Source of the DNA: Hypanus sabinus
Taxonomy: Eukaryota
Reading direction: 5' to 3'
DNA: 64,000 bases
Assembly (NCBI RefSeq): GCF_030144855.1
Contig: NC_082707.1
Span: 185,504,001-185,568,000 of the forward strand
The number at the start of each line of letters is the position of its first letter. Positions within the stretch are counted from its first letter, which is position 1. Under the pieces are notes generated by a model. It made no database searches. It saw nothing but the letters and a program-made list of their open reading frames with translations, and had not been told where the DNA came from. The translations under genes were made by a program, and so were the position numbers. This document shows positions 25,430-37,845 of the stretch, one piece after another.

Positions 25430-26105
25430 ATCTCCCTCATTCTCCTCTGCTTTAGGGAATAAAGTCATAAATATTCAACCTTTTCCTACATCTCAGGTCC
25501 TCAACGTACTTGTAAATCTTCTCTGTACTCTTTTAATCTTGTTATTTTTCATGCAGGTGGGTGACCAGAACTACACACAATAGTGCTCTTGTTCTAGCCT
25601 CCTTGCCCTGGGAAAAAGACTATCTATTCTATGTGTGTTCCTCATAAAACTCTATAAAGACACCACTTAACTGCCTATAATCAGTGAGAGCCTAGAGAAT
25701 CCAAACTCTCCTTATAAATGCAACCCTCCATTTCAGGCAACATTTTACTAAATTCTTCTATATTCCTTCTGTTACAATTCTTCCTGTAGTGTGGTGACCA
25801 AAATGAGTGCTGTCATTGGGATAGGATGCCATTGTTTCAGCAACACGACAGCCCATCTTTTATACATAAAGCCTCAGCCCATGAAGGCAAGTGTACTAAA
25901 TGCCCCTTTTTTAAATTGCACTTTCAGGGTGTTTGCATCCTGGGGTCTCTGTGCACATCAGTGCTCCTAGAACCTTGTCATTTACTCCCTACCTGAATTT
26001 GACTTCCCGAGGTACATTACTTCACACATGTCTGGATTAAATTCCATCTGCTGCTGTTCCATCCAACTTTACAAGTGCCCCACTGCACCCTTAGACAACC
26101 TAAAG
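25430..26105 (-). mobile_element. Old CR1 LINE fragments
   Basis: TGACCAGAACTACACACAATA and TGGATTAAATTCCATCTGC (WQMEFN on the minus strand) motifs. Confidence 0.7.
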
Positions 26106-27889
26106 AATAGTTTTATTTGTCACATGACCATTGAACATGCAGTGAAATGTACCTTTTGTGTCAATGACCAACACAGTCCGAGGATTATGTTGGGGGCATT
26201 GTGCTTCTGACACCAACATAGCATGTTCCCAGTTAGCTAACCCTTACAAATCCCTATGACTTTAGGTTGTGGGAGGGAATACCCGGTGGATTGCAAATGA
26301 CACATTTCACTGTATGTTTCGATGTACAAGTGATAAATAAAATGAATTTCAATCCTTACCTGTGTATGCAGTATTTTGGTAACATTTGAGTAATATTGTG
26401 AATATCTTGTTGATTAAGCATTCTTTGTTGAAATAATTCATTATGAGTTATATGTAAAAATACATAAATAGCATACGTCATCACACCACTGTGTCATTTG
26501 TGTATGCCTCATTTAAAGCAAAAATAAAGTTAGCCTTATATTCCCAGCTCCCTTGTTTTCCTTTCAGTGAGTTTTTTTGTTTTGGAGGTACAAAACATAA
26601 CATTACAGACACAGTCTGAAATTGAATCCTGATTGTTGGTGCTGTAAAGTGTTACGCTTTCTGCTAAGCTACTTGTGCTGCAATATCAATGATTTTCATG
26701 TTGAATTTTAAAATCAAATCTATCTGGTCATTTTAAACAAAATGAAGTTTCTCTTCTGTCTACCAATAACTATTAAGGTGCTGTTTTTAATTTTTGAATG
26801 AATATGCTTGAAGTATCTATCTCTATATCAGCATTATAACACCAACATCTTTTCTGCCTATTTATACTATCCAAGTAAGGAATATGAGGAGGAAAATGAA
26901 GCATGTCAACTAAATTAATGTAAGATACTGGTACCTAAGCTCTGTGCTTGATGATATTACAGGAAATCTCCTGTTCTGTTTCAGTACTGTCAGCAGATTA
27001 ATTTTCATCAATTTTAAGATGTAACTGCCCGTGTATTACTGGCCCAGTATTTTATCAGCTTTGTTAAAGAAAAGATGATCAGTTCATTAGTTGCTGTTGA
27101 TTAGTTTCAGTGCGATATTCGTTAGGAGTATTGATGCATTGATTTAGTAACACATGCTCTGCCTTGGGTATTGTGTACTTTTCATTGAAATTAAATAGTT
27201 TAATGTGGTGAATCACCGACCAGTGTAAACTCTCGGGAACATCCTCTCACATTTTAATTAGGACTTAAAGCAACAGTGATATAGTGTAAAGTGTTTGAGA
27301 TAAGACAGTTTGAGAACTTTTCCTTTTAATAACCTGCTTTTCAAAATGCTTAGTAGAGTTGCGTATTAATAACAAAAATCCAGTATTATAAACTAAATTA
27401 ATTATTGGGCATAGTTTTAAGAGGGCATTCATTATGTGTAGTTGTAAGAAATTTGATTGCATTTTAAATGATGAATTACTAAAAATTTGGCCAAGTAGTT
27501 CTGTGTTATTTCACTTTTGCGTTTTGGAAGAGGGCTTTTGTATGTGAAAATCATGTCTAATATTAGTTTAAATTATCATGATTGCATTAAAATATACTCA
27601 AAACTAATATTAATGTTGAAGTCCCATCAAATGCATATTGGACAGGTGGGTACAATTCGGTTGACATGGCTGATATTTTATTTTGGTGTCTTAGAACTTA
27701 GAACATAGAAAATTTACAGCACATTACTGGCCCTTTGGCCCACAATTTTGTGCTGACCATGTAACCTACTTTAGAAGCTGCCTGGAGTTTCCCCACCACC
27801 TAATCCTCTATTTTTTACATTGGTGCACGTAATTGTTGTGATGTTCATGTCAAGTTTATTGACAGAAGTTGGAGCAAAAAAGTGCAGCC

Positions 27890-28226
27890 TAAGGAAATGA
27901 AAGGGTTAACACGTAAGGAACATTTAATAGCTCTGGGCCAGTACTCGCTGGAGTTCAGAAAAATGAGGAGGGATTTCATTAAAACCTCTCGATGCCAAGA
28001 TAGAGTGGGCACGGAGAGGATGCTTCCAGTAGTGGGGGAATTTAAGACCAGAGGTTACAGCCTCAGAATACAAGAACTTCCATTTAGAACTGAGATGATG
28101 TGAAAATCCTTTAGCCACAGGGTGGTCAATCTGTGGAATTCAATCTGTGGAGGTTGATGAGTTCTTGATTAGTAAGGGCAACAAAGGTTTCAGGGAGAAA
28201 GCAGAGAATCGGGTTGACAGGGATAA
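27890..28226 (+). mobile_element. CR1 LINE 3' fragment
   Basis: YSLEFRKMRRDFI..TRGYSLRI..FRTEM. Confidence 0.8.
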
Positions 28227-28228
28227 TA

Positions 28229-28877
28229 CAATGCCTTGAAAAAGTATTCAGCCCCATAACTATTTTCACATTTTACTATCTCATTTTCTAAATTTAAAAT
28301 ATATTGAAGTAAGATTTTTGAGTTAATCTACAAAACATTGTGCAACATATCTAATAAAAAGCAAAAGTCCAAAACCTGTCAACAATTTACTAAAAGTTCT
28401 AAACGAAAAAACTGAGGCTGAAAAAGTATTTATCCCCTTTGTAATTACTACACTAACTTTCCTCTGGAGCAATATACTATTATCTTTATCAACTCACCTA
28501 ATTTGTTGATGTAGAAAATTGGAGGATCACCTGTTTTCAATGAATTCATAAGAATAAATATCCCCTCTCTGTGTAAGGTCTAACAGTATGGTAGATTTTC
28601 AATGCACCAAATCAATATGAAGACAAAAGAGCATTCAAGACAAATCAGGGAAATGCTAACAGAGAAGCACAAATCTGGGGAAGGGTTCAAGACCATCTCA
28701 AGGGCACTAAACTTACCTTGGAGTTCAGTGCAGTTCAGCATGAAAAAGTGGAAAAAATGTGAAACTACAGCCACACTGCCTAAATCAGGCTGTCCTTCTC
28801 AACTTAGTCACTGGAGGTAAATGGCACTTGTAAAAAGGCTACTACCATGCCTACAGTCACTCTGAGTGAGCTGCAGG
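28229..28877 (+). mobile_element. Tc1 transposon 5' fragment (left IR/DR TIR + transposase DNA-binding domain)
   Basis: TA|CAATGCCTTGAAAAAGTATTCAGCCCC with inner repeat GAAAAAGTATTTATCCCC; MKTKEHSRQIRE..SGEGFKTISRAL..LPKSGCP (paired-like HTH, GRPR-like motif). Confidence 0.9.
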
Positions 28878-30573
28878 AAGGTGGCTGCGTGGGGTAGGGG
28901 GATGAAGTAAGAAGCTGAGCAGTGATAGGTGAAAGATATAAAGAGCTGAAGAAGAAGGAATCTGACGGAGGACCGTGGACCATGGGAGAAGGGTAAGAAG
29001 GAGGGGCACCAAAGGAAGAAGGTGGACAGGTAAGTAACAGGTAGCTTTACCCTTGTTCAAAATCAAATTCTAAGCTCTTTTTACATTCATATAATACAGA
29101 TGGCTACTGGTTTCATGTACTGCATGCAATGACAATGTTGTCAGCTGCTGCATCCTCTTTAGTAAATTCATGTCCAATAGTCACATGTTGGAAGTCAAGG
29201 CACAAGTGAGTACATAGCAATAATCATGAACTATACAACAAACATTTCAAAAGATTTAATATTTGGTTTTCAATTGTGTTTGAAAATGTTGACTTACTCA
29301 ATTTAAGGAATTTAGTTAACTTTACCTCTGAACTTCTGATGCCAGGAGTTCCTCCTGCATTTTGTGTGTGTGTGTTGCTTAAGATTGATCAGGGGAATTT
29401 AGAATTTGAAAAGGGTACGGGTATTGAAAGCCTGGAAGAGGCAAATGTCCCATTTGAGTGTGTTCAAGATGTGGATGCACGTGGTACTGAACCTAGTAAT
29501 GGAGCTCAGAAAAAGTCTGAGGTATCTGATTCAGTTGAAAAGGAATGCAGTCCTTGTGGGTCAGATGGACTTGGTTCAGTAAAGAAAGGGTTAACCTTGG
29601 TAATAGTGGGAAGTGAGAATTCCCAGTTGTTTGTGCTCGAAGGTGTGTTAAAAGTTAGTGAGGAGATAAAAGGTGGTGAGGTGAATATTATTATTGAAGG
29701 AAAAGGGGAAAATGTAGTTCCTAAATTGAATGAAGAAAATTTAAAGTCTGGATTGATGTCAGAAGCAGCAACCAGGCTGCAGAGACAATGGCTTGGTAAC
29801 ACGGTGCCTGTGAGTCAATTATAGGTTGATTTGGAATGTAAAGGTGCTCCACACGCTATTGTTATTCAAGAGTTATTCCACACTCTTGAATAACTGTGAA
29901 GAGGCCGAATTTGAAATGCTGTTTGGACAAAGGGAGGTCACTTGCAGAGTTTAAACTGAAAACTCATGCTAACAACTTGCTTAAAATTAAAGAATTGTGT
30001 GGAAATTTGGAAAATGGTCTAAGTTTGGAACACATTGTTGATAAAATAATTCCTATGAAAGGAGCATGCAAAGGCCTATTCCACACTAGTATACAAGTTA
30101 ACCACGTGGGAGTTAACTGGAAAAGGGGCGAGGGTTGACGGGATGCCATTTTAAATAGCAGGATCCGGTTTGAAGGGGATTTCGACAAAGCATGTGAATA
30201 ATAAAGACAACCCCCATGGAAGATTGACTGTTAAGTTTGAAAGTAACATAAAGATTAGTATTTGCATGAACTTTTGTAGTATACACGTAAGCTAAGATCA
30301 CAACTCTTTAGTTTTTGTTTGCTGAAGGAAAGGAATAAAAATAGGTGGTTATCAAATTGGAGTCTGATGCTACAAGAACTTATTAAGGTACAAGATGTTA
30401 AGATATTAAAGGAAGTGACAATGTAATCGCTAACAGTTCAGATGCTGAATTGAATGTTTAACTGTATTACTCTGTAGTGAAAAAAAACTCTTTTGTATTG
30501 TGTTAGATTCTAAAATCCTGTAAGTGTATTGATTCATTTTTACCGATGGTAAAAATCTTTGAAGGAAGTGGGG

Positions 30574-31433
30574 TGTAACGAATGTGCCACAACTCTGAGG
30601 GGACAAAGGGTACAAAGTCGCCCCCTCCTTTTTGAGAATTGCAAGATCGCTATTAATTCGGGTCTGGGACCCAGGAAATGACAGAGAGACATGCAGAATC
30701 CACAAGGTTTGGAATGTGTCCTGGCCTCAGCGAAACAAAGCCACTGATAACGGCCATTGTCTCTGGGAGACGGAATTGTGTATTGAGTACTGTACTATTC
30801 ATTGAAGCCCCTCAGGGGATGACCAGAGTGGGCTGGTTGAGGGATTGCATCATCCCAACCTGATTGACATCTGAGACTCTGTGAGTAAGGATAAAAGAGG
30901 GTCTGGGGAACAACCCTTGAAATGCACCAGGAGAAATGCTAGAAATCCCGTGACAGCGTTTAATAGCGACAGCCGGTGGGGGGCTTGTGTGCGTCCTTCC
31001 CTTGCCTGCGATGGTGGCCTCACCACGGAAGAAGGGCTTTAGCTAAAGGAGAGGTCACAAGTGAAATGCCACACCAACGGGACTCCCGACGGATCAAAAT
31101 CATAAAAGGAAAAGCCGGCAAGTTTTTCTCCCAAAAATCTCTCTCTCTCTCCAACCATTGCAAAACCCAGCGGTCCCCAAGGCCACAGCCTGCATGAACT
31201 GAGTGACTTTTATATTTCCATCGGACAATACACTAGCCTCTAGACAAAGATAGAGCTATTTCTTATTGATTATTATTATACCCGCACTTTTAGATTTAGT
31301 ATTATCTGTATGTTTGCATTGATATTATTTTTGTGTATTTTTACTAATAAATACTGTTAAAAATAGTACCATCAGACTTCAATGGACCTCTCTATCTTTG
31401 CTGGTAAGTGACCCAGTTACAGGGTTCGTAACA
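30574..31433 (+). mobile_element. LTR (860 bp)
   Basis: Termini TGTAACGAA...TTCGTAACA; TATA-like GATAAAA at ~30890; AATAAA at ~31346. Confidence 0.85.
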
Positions 31434-31744
31434 AAGTGGGGCCTTGTCTTGAGATTTGATACCAAATTGGAGGGCTAGTGAATTGGGCTTTTAAGTCCAA
31501 ACTTGGGTCTGGTTGTGCGGGTAACCAGATCTGCAGAATCTCCTGTGTTCATAAAAGGCTTAGGATTTTGTTTTCCCCTGATGATGCAGATCAAGTACCC
31601 CTTTTCTGAAAATCGGATCTGAAAACCTCCAAGATCCAAACTTTTTATTAGTGCTGACATGACAGCACAAATGGAAAATTGCACAAGGTTCCCAAGTGAT
31701 GCACAGGCCTCTGCACACCACAGACCATACTGAGAAGAGACCTC

Positions 31745-32618
31745 TGTTACGTACCCGTGACATATGACAGGGGTGTACTTGTCATGTGACTGGGGTTGAA
31801 GCTATACTGGACTTGAGGTAATGGTCTTGTGATGGTGGAGTGAAGTCATTTTCCCGCCAGTAGAGGTCATGTGACAGGTTTTTTTTTACAGGGTATAAAA
31901 GGAGGACCCCTCTCTGTGAGGAGGGGCAGTTCGTGGCTGGATTTACCATGTTGACTTCATGCCACTGCGTGATTTAATGTGATGACGCAGTTTAGTTGGA
32001 GGATGAAGTTTTATCTAATGCCTAAAGTTTAAAAGGTCATTGCCAGCAGTTTCTTTATAATACTGCTAGTTGAGAATCAGTGGAGAGTGAAGATCGGAGT
32101 TCGGGAGTTAAAGATCGAGGAGAATCGATTTCGACGGTGAAACGGGTTTGACCTTGTTTGATCCTTATTCGGAAGGAATTCATTGACTGTTCTCGTGTTA
32201 ATCCCTGCGAAATAGCAGAAAGGATTGAGGATAGTGTGGTAAAGGAAAGGTCAGTGCCTTTAAGCCGTTTCGTTTTGTAAATTCTTCATGGGAAAAGTTC
32301 GATTTTGGGAACTGAAGCAACATGACGTGAAAGAGAATTTGAATCGTCTTAAAAAGTCTCTCCCTTAAATGGACTGTGAGCATTTTGAACTTTTGGCAAT
32401 ACTACTTTAAAGAACTGTTTTTGCAACGTCGCTTTAAGAACTGTTTAAGTTTCCTTGCTTTAAGAACTGTTTAAGCTGCCGCACAGCAGCTGATTTCTGG
32501 TTACATTAGTGATTTGTTTGCTTTTGGGGGGGGGTTTGTTTTCAGTGTTTAATAAACATGTTATTTGTTATAAAAACCCTTGTCTAACTCATATTTATTG
32601 TTGCCTGAATCCATAACA
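31745..32618 (+). mobile_element. Solo LTR (874 bp) with 4-bp TSD CCTC
   Basis: CCTC|TGTTAC...ATAACA|CCTC; TATAAAA at ~31894; AATAAA at 32551; CTTTAAGAACTGTTT-like motif x3 at ~32405-32476. Confidence 0.9.
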
Positions 32619-32690
32619 CCTCATATATGTAATGAACAGAAGTCAGTGAAAAATAGAAAAACTGCAGAAAGCAAAAAATAAAGGTCTCGA

Positions 32691-33202
32691 TTATAGAAAC
32701 ATAGAAAACCTACAGCACAATACAGGCCCTTCGGCCCATAAAGCTGTGCCGAACATGTCCTTACCTTCGAAATTACCTAGGGTTACCCATAGCCCTCTAT
32801 TTTTCTGAGCCCCATGTACCCATCCAGGAGTCTCATAAAAGACCCTATTGTTTCCGCCTCCATCGCCACCGCCGGTGGCCCATTCCACGCACTCACCACT
32901 CTCTGTGTAAAAGATCTTAGCCCTGACATCTCCTCTGTACCTGCTTCCAAGCACCTTGAAACTGTGTTCTCTTGTGCTAGCCATTTCAGCCCTGGGAAAA
33001 AGTCTCTGACTACCCACACGATCAATGCCTCTCATCATCTTATACAGCTCTATCAGGTCACCTCTCATCCTCCATCACTCCAAGGAGAAAAGGCCAGGTT
33101 CACTCAACCCATTCTCAGAAGGCATGCTCCCCAATCCAGGCAACATCCTTGTAAATCTCCTCTGCACCCTTTCTGTGGTTTCCACATCCTTCCTGTAGTG
33201 AG
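32691..33202 (-). mobile_element. CR1 LINE 3' fragment, relatively young
   Basis: MRGDLIELYKMMRGIDRV, FTQRVVSAWN; tail (TTCTATGT) repeat. Confidence 0.95.
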
Positions 33203-33881
33203 GCAGTTATTGTTTGTTCTGTATTGCTGCCACAGAGCAACAGATTTCATGACAAGTGTCAGTGATAGTAAATCTGATTCTGAATCTGATTTTTTGGATT
33301 GTGTCTAAATGGGAAATCAAGGATTTTGGACTTACTTGTTTTCAAGGATAGCATGACAATTGATTAATGAGTTGGTCATAAAAGAACGTTGTCATTGAAG
33401 TCTGTCTGTTGGGTATATTCTCTTGTTGATGATATCTAATGTTGGATTATTTACTTCAAATCAAAATTTCAGCAAGGTGTCCAGACTTGATGCCTGCTTG
33501 TTGCTGTAGTCTACTGTTTCCTTGCACTTTTGTCTCCTGAGTTCTCTGTGAGCTTTGTATTTTTTGTTGTTATAGTTACAGTTTAATGTTGTGGAAGAGC
33601 CCTGATTGTTCGGGCACTTCGTATCAGTTCCTCTGCATTTCTTCTGATATTAGTTGGTCTACTGGATTTGGGTTAGCACTTATTGCAAATAATTTGGTTA
33701 ACAACCAGAAGACCTTGTGTTGAAAAGATGAAAATTATGTTTTGGTTGAACCGGCATTCTGAGAAGCTTGTGAGCAATTCTGAACTGATCACTTTAAAAA
33801 CCATGCTCAAGTTTTACCTTGTTTTATTTAAACTGCTTTGGGTCTAAAAAGTTTCTGAAACAATGTATGTTTACTTTTTAG

Positions 33882-33943
33882 CACATCAAGTCCACCCCTT
33901 TGGCCAGGGAGTGCTTTTTTCAAGAAGAATGGAGCCCTCCAAG
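33882..33943 (+). other. Candidate 62-nt internal exon of an unidentified host transcript
   Basis: TTTACTTTTTAG| acceptor, AAG|GTAAGG donor, open in all three frames, unique sequence context. No recognisable homology. Confidence 0.25.
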
Positions 33944-34989
33944 GTAAGGGAAAGTTCTGGATTCCTAATAAGTAACTTGGTGATTTTTTTTCTGCCAATT
34001 TTTGTGGAATTATTTTCATAACTGTATGCATCTCTGCAGTGTTGAAACATGGATCATAAAGCGATTGAATTCTGCATTTGTGTTTTGTGCTGCAATCAAC
34101 TGAGATTGAGCAAATAAGTGTGGAAAAATTTCAAGTCTTAGGAAGTGTTTTATTATGAATGTGCAAATTGGTGACCCATTGTATCCAAACTTGGAGGCTC
34201 TGCTTTCTGTAACTAGAAGGATTAGATCCGTAGTTCAGCGTCTTGGCAAGACAGAGTAAGCTGAATTCATATAACTGTGACTTTAAGTTTTGCATTCTGA
34301 CATTAGTCTTCTGATTACTGCCTGGCTGAGGCTGAAGGTGTATAAGCAGCTGAAGTTGTTCAGTTGTCCAGTGAAGTTGTTGAATGAATGTCTTTGATTT
34401 CCAAGCAAAAACTATTATGGATTTATTACAATATGTAATCCTTGCATGGCTCTAGAGAGATAAATATTTCACTGAATGAGTGTGATAATGTCCAGACAAG
34501 AGTAGTTTACAGATAGGATGCACTCAGCACAGGCAAGAAAGGCCTTTGAAGAGCAAAGCTTCCCTTTGCACAGCAGGTGACTGGAGCCATTTGGCATAAC
34601 AGGACTTAATAAGGATGTAAATGAAAGATTTTACAGCTAGACATTTACAATTACTAATTCTGAAGTATTATTGGCTTTTAACATTCTATTGCCTCTTAAA
34701 ACCTGTATTATCATAGTATGACTGGTGATTGATCATGCAAATCAGGAATTTGAACATACACAGAGTTACCATTGGTCAAATTCTGTATCCAACTAGTCAA
34801 TATCTGTATAGCAATGGCGTTTCTTTGTTTAAACTTCAAAACAATGTTGTGACAGGGGCTGATTTGTTCTTTTTGTGAACAAGTAAATAAAGTGTGATTG
34901 AGCAAAAAGTGTGGGTTTTCAGAGTCCAGTTAATTGATGGTGATGTGACCACCAGCAAATAATACTGTATAAGCAGTAATTGCCGTGTT

Positions 34990-35660
34990 CTGGATTCCCC
35001 CACAAGAAGAAACATCCATTTCATATCCAGCCTGTTCATCATCAGGTTCTTGTATATTTCAATTGCATTATCTGTCATCCCCTTAAACTCCAGTAGATAC
35101 AAACTTGGTCTGTACACATGAGCACGAGAGATTCTGCAGCAGGTGGAAATCCAGAGAACCATGCAAAATGCTGCAGGATCTCAGAAACATCGACTGTTTT
35201 TTCCTCTCCATTGATACTGCCTGACCTGGGGAGTTTCGACAGCATTTTGTGTGAATTGCTCTGAATACGTAAGACAACCTGCCTATTCCAGTTATCAGCA
35301 TGCTGGTATTTCTCTGAATTACTTCCAACGTGTTAACGCCCTCCCTCAAGTAAGTAGGCCAATCCTGTACATAATACTCCAGATGAAGTCTTATCAATGC
35401 CCTATGACTAAACAATAGTCTCACCACATTTGCTTCCAATTCCTTTAGCAATAAATTATAACGCTTTAACTTATCTAATTAACTACTGTGTTACATACTA
35501 ATGTGTTGCATGCACAAGGAGAGCCAGCTCCCTCCATATATCAAAACTGTAATGTTTTGTCATTTAGATAATATTTTTTAAAAATTTTCTCTGTCAAATT
35601 GAAAAGCTTTACATCATTCTGCATTTTCCAGATCTTTTCCCATTCATTTAGCCTAAATAT
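34990..35660 (-). mobile_element. CR1 fragment with nested fold-back pLTR insertion (~35120-35262)
   Basis: ALIRLHLEYYVQ CR1 motif; pLTR segments in both orientations. Confidence 0.7.
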
Positions 35661-35664
35661 ATCA

Positions 35665-36915
35665 CTCTCAAGTCAGTTGTAGGGAAATTGCTGGAGAATA
35701 TTCTTAGGGACAGGATATATGAGCATCTGGAAACCCATGGCCTAATTAGGAAGAGCAGCAAGGCTTTATATGGGGCAGGTCAAGCATTACCAACGATTGT
35801 TTTTTTTTGACAAGGTGCAGAGAGAGATTGAAGAAGGTAGGTCAGTGGATGTTGCCTGCATAGATTTCAGTGAGGTGTTTGACCAAGTCCCTCATGAGAG
35901 GCTAATTCAGAAGATTAAGATGCATGGAGTCTGCAGTAAATTGGCTGTTTGGATTCAGAACTGGCCTGTGCATAGAAGACAGAAGGTAGTGGTTGAAGGG
36001 ACTTAAAAGTGAAGGTCTTTAATTAGTGGTGTGCTGGGATCTCTGCTATTTGTGATGTATATAAATGACCTGGATGAAAACGTAGTTGGGCGAGTTTGTA
36101 AATTTGCGGATGATACCAAGATCGGTGGCGTTGTGGACAGAGTAGAGGACAAAAAGAATACAGCACAACATAGATCAGTTACAGATATGGGCAGAGAAAT
36201 GGCAGACAGAGTTTAACCCAGTTAAATATGAGGTGTTACATCTCAGTAGGGCAAATGTAAGGTCACAGTACACTGTTACTGGCAAGATCCTTAACAGTGT
36301 TGCTGAGCAGAGAGATCTTAGGATCCAAGTTCATAGCTCTTTGAAAGTGGCTACACAGGTTGACAAGGTGGTTAAGAAGGCTTATGGAATGCTTGCTTTT
36401 ATTTGATGAGGCATTGAGTTCAAAAGTTGAGAGGTTATGTTGCAACTTTATAAAACTCTTGTTAGGCCACATCTGGAGTATTGCATACCGTTCTCTTCAC
36501 CCCACTACAGAAAGGATACTGAGACTTTGGAGAGGGTACAGAAGAGGTCTACCAAGATGCTGCCTGGTTTAGAGGGCTAGTGCTATCATGAGAGGCTGGA
36601 CAACTTAGGTTGCTTTCTTTGGATGGGCAGAGGCTAAGGAGAGATCCGATAAAGGTTTTTAAGATTCTGAGAGACATAGATATAGAAGAGGGCATACATT
36701 GAAGGTGAGAGGGGCTAGGTTCAAAGGCAATGTGAGGGGTAAGCTTTATATTCAGAGAATCGTGGATGCCTGGGATGTGCTCCCTGTTATAGTGGGAGAG
36801 GCAAGATATGAGGAAGATAGAGGAGTGTTACATGGTGTTGGTAGGAGGGATTAGTGTTTGGGTGTTTTTGATTTGCTTTTTTGCTGTTTCAGCATAACAT
36901 TGTGGTCTGAAGGAT
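35665..36915 (+). mobile_element. CR1 LINE, 5'-truncated (RT + 3' UTR)
   Basis: VDVACIDFSEVFDQVPHERL and LLFVMYINDLDE..KFADDTKIGG motifs. Confidence 0.95.
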
Positions 36916-37845
36916 TGTGCTGAGAGCGGCCGCCAGTGTTGGCCTGCTTCTGGTGAAGCCCATATGATCACGGGAAGAATGTACGAACTCCTCACAGACT
37001 GCAGCAGGAATCTAGCCCCAATCAGTGATCACTGGTGCTGTAGAGCGACTGCACTAATCACTACTTTGCCGTGTCTTCTCTGATGTGTTGGCTGATTGTA
37101 CCTGAAGAAATGGTCCCCGTTCCTAATAGTGGAACAGAGTATTAGAGGAATTCATGGACCGCTCAGAAATTGAATGGTGAGGAAAAGTTGTTCCTAAAGT
37201 TTGAGTGTGGGTCTTCAGGCTTCCCGATGATGGAGAAGAGAGCATGTCCTGGTGAAGGTCCTTAGTGATGGACGCCGCCTTCTTGAGGCATCACCTTTTG
37301 AAAATGTCCTTGACGATGGGGAGTGTGCCCATGATGGAACAGGCTGAGTCTACAATCAGCTGTAGTCTCTTTTGATCCTGCACAATGGAGCCTCCATTAC
37401 AGGCAGTGATGCAACTGTACTGCAGTAAGGTGTCAATACCCATAGAGTAAATGAAACTGAGGATAAATAACAATATAAATTGCTTTGCATTTATTTGTCC
37501 CAAAAATCTTACAATTTTTGTAATATTGCAGTTTAATATTGACATTATTGTACATTAATTGGTACCAATAATGGTACCCATTAACTGATAATGGGCAGGT
37601 TGTCCTAAGAAATAATGTTTGACAGAGCAGCCTTGTTTCCACAGGAATTCAAAAGAATGAGAATCAACTTAATTAAAAAAAAAATAAAATCCCAAGGGGT
37701 CTTCACGGGATGGATGTGCAGAGGATATTTCCTATTGTTAGAGGATCTAGAAATCAGTGATTGATCAGACAAATGTTTTTTCCTCTGAGACTCATTAGCT
37801 TTGTCTTCTGCAAAAGGTAGTAGAAATGGACTCTGAAAGACAGTA

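Larger units (their letters stand above)
29385..32690 (+). mobile_element. Non-autonomous Gypsy-like LTR element in permuted order: 3' internal - PPT - LTR - PBS - 5' internal
   Basis: RNase H remnant ..WSLMLQE..IKGSDNVIA at ~30355-30432; PPT GAAGGAAGTGGGG at 30561-30573; LTR 30574-31433; tRNA-Pro-like PBS at ~31437-31457. Confidence 0.7.

Noticed and set aside
29276-29824. 182-aa ORF as a host protein
   Set aside because: Chimeric: runs from unique DNA through a pLTR tail into the decayed LTR-element internal region.
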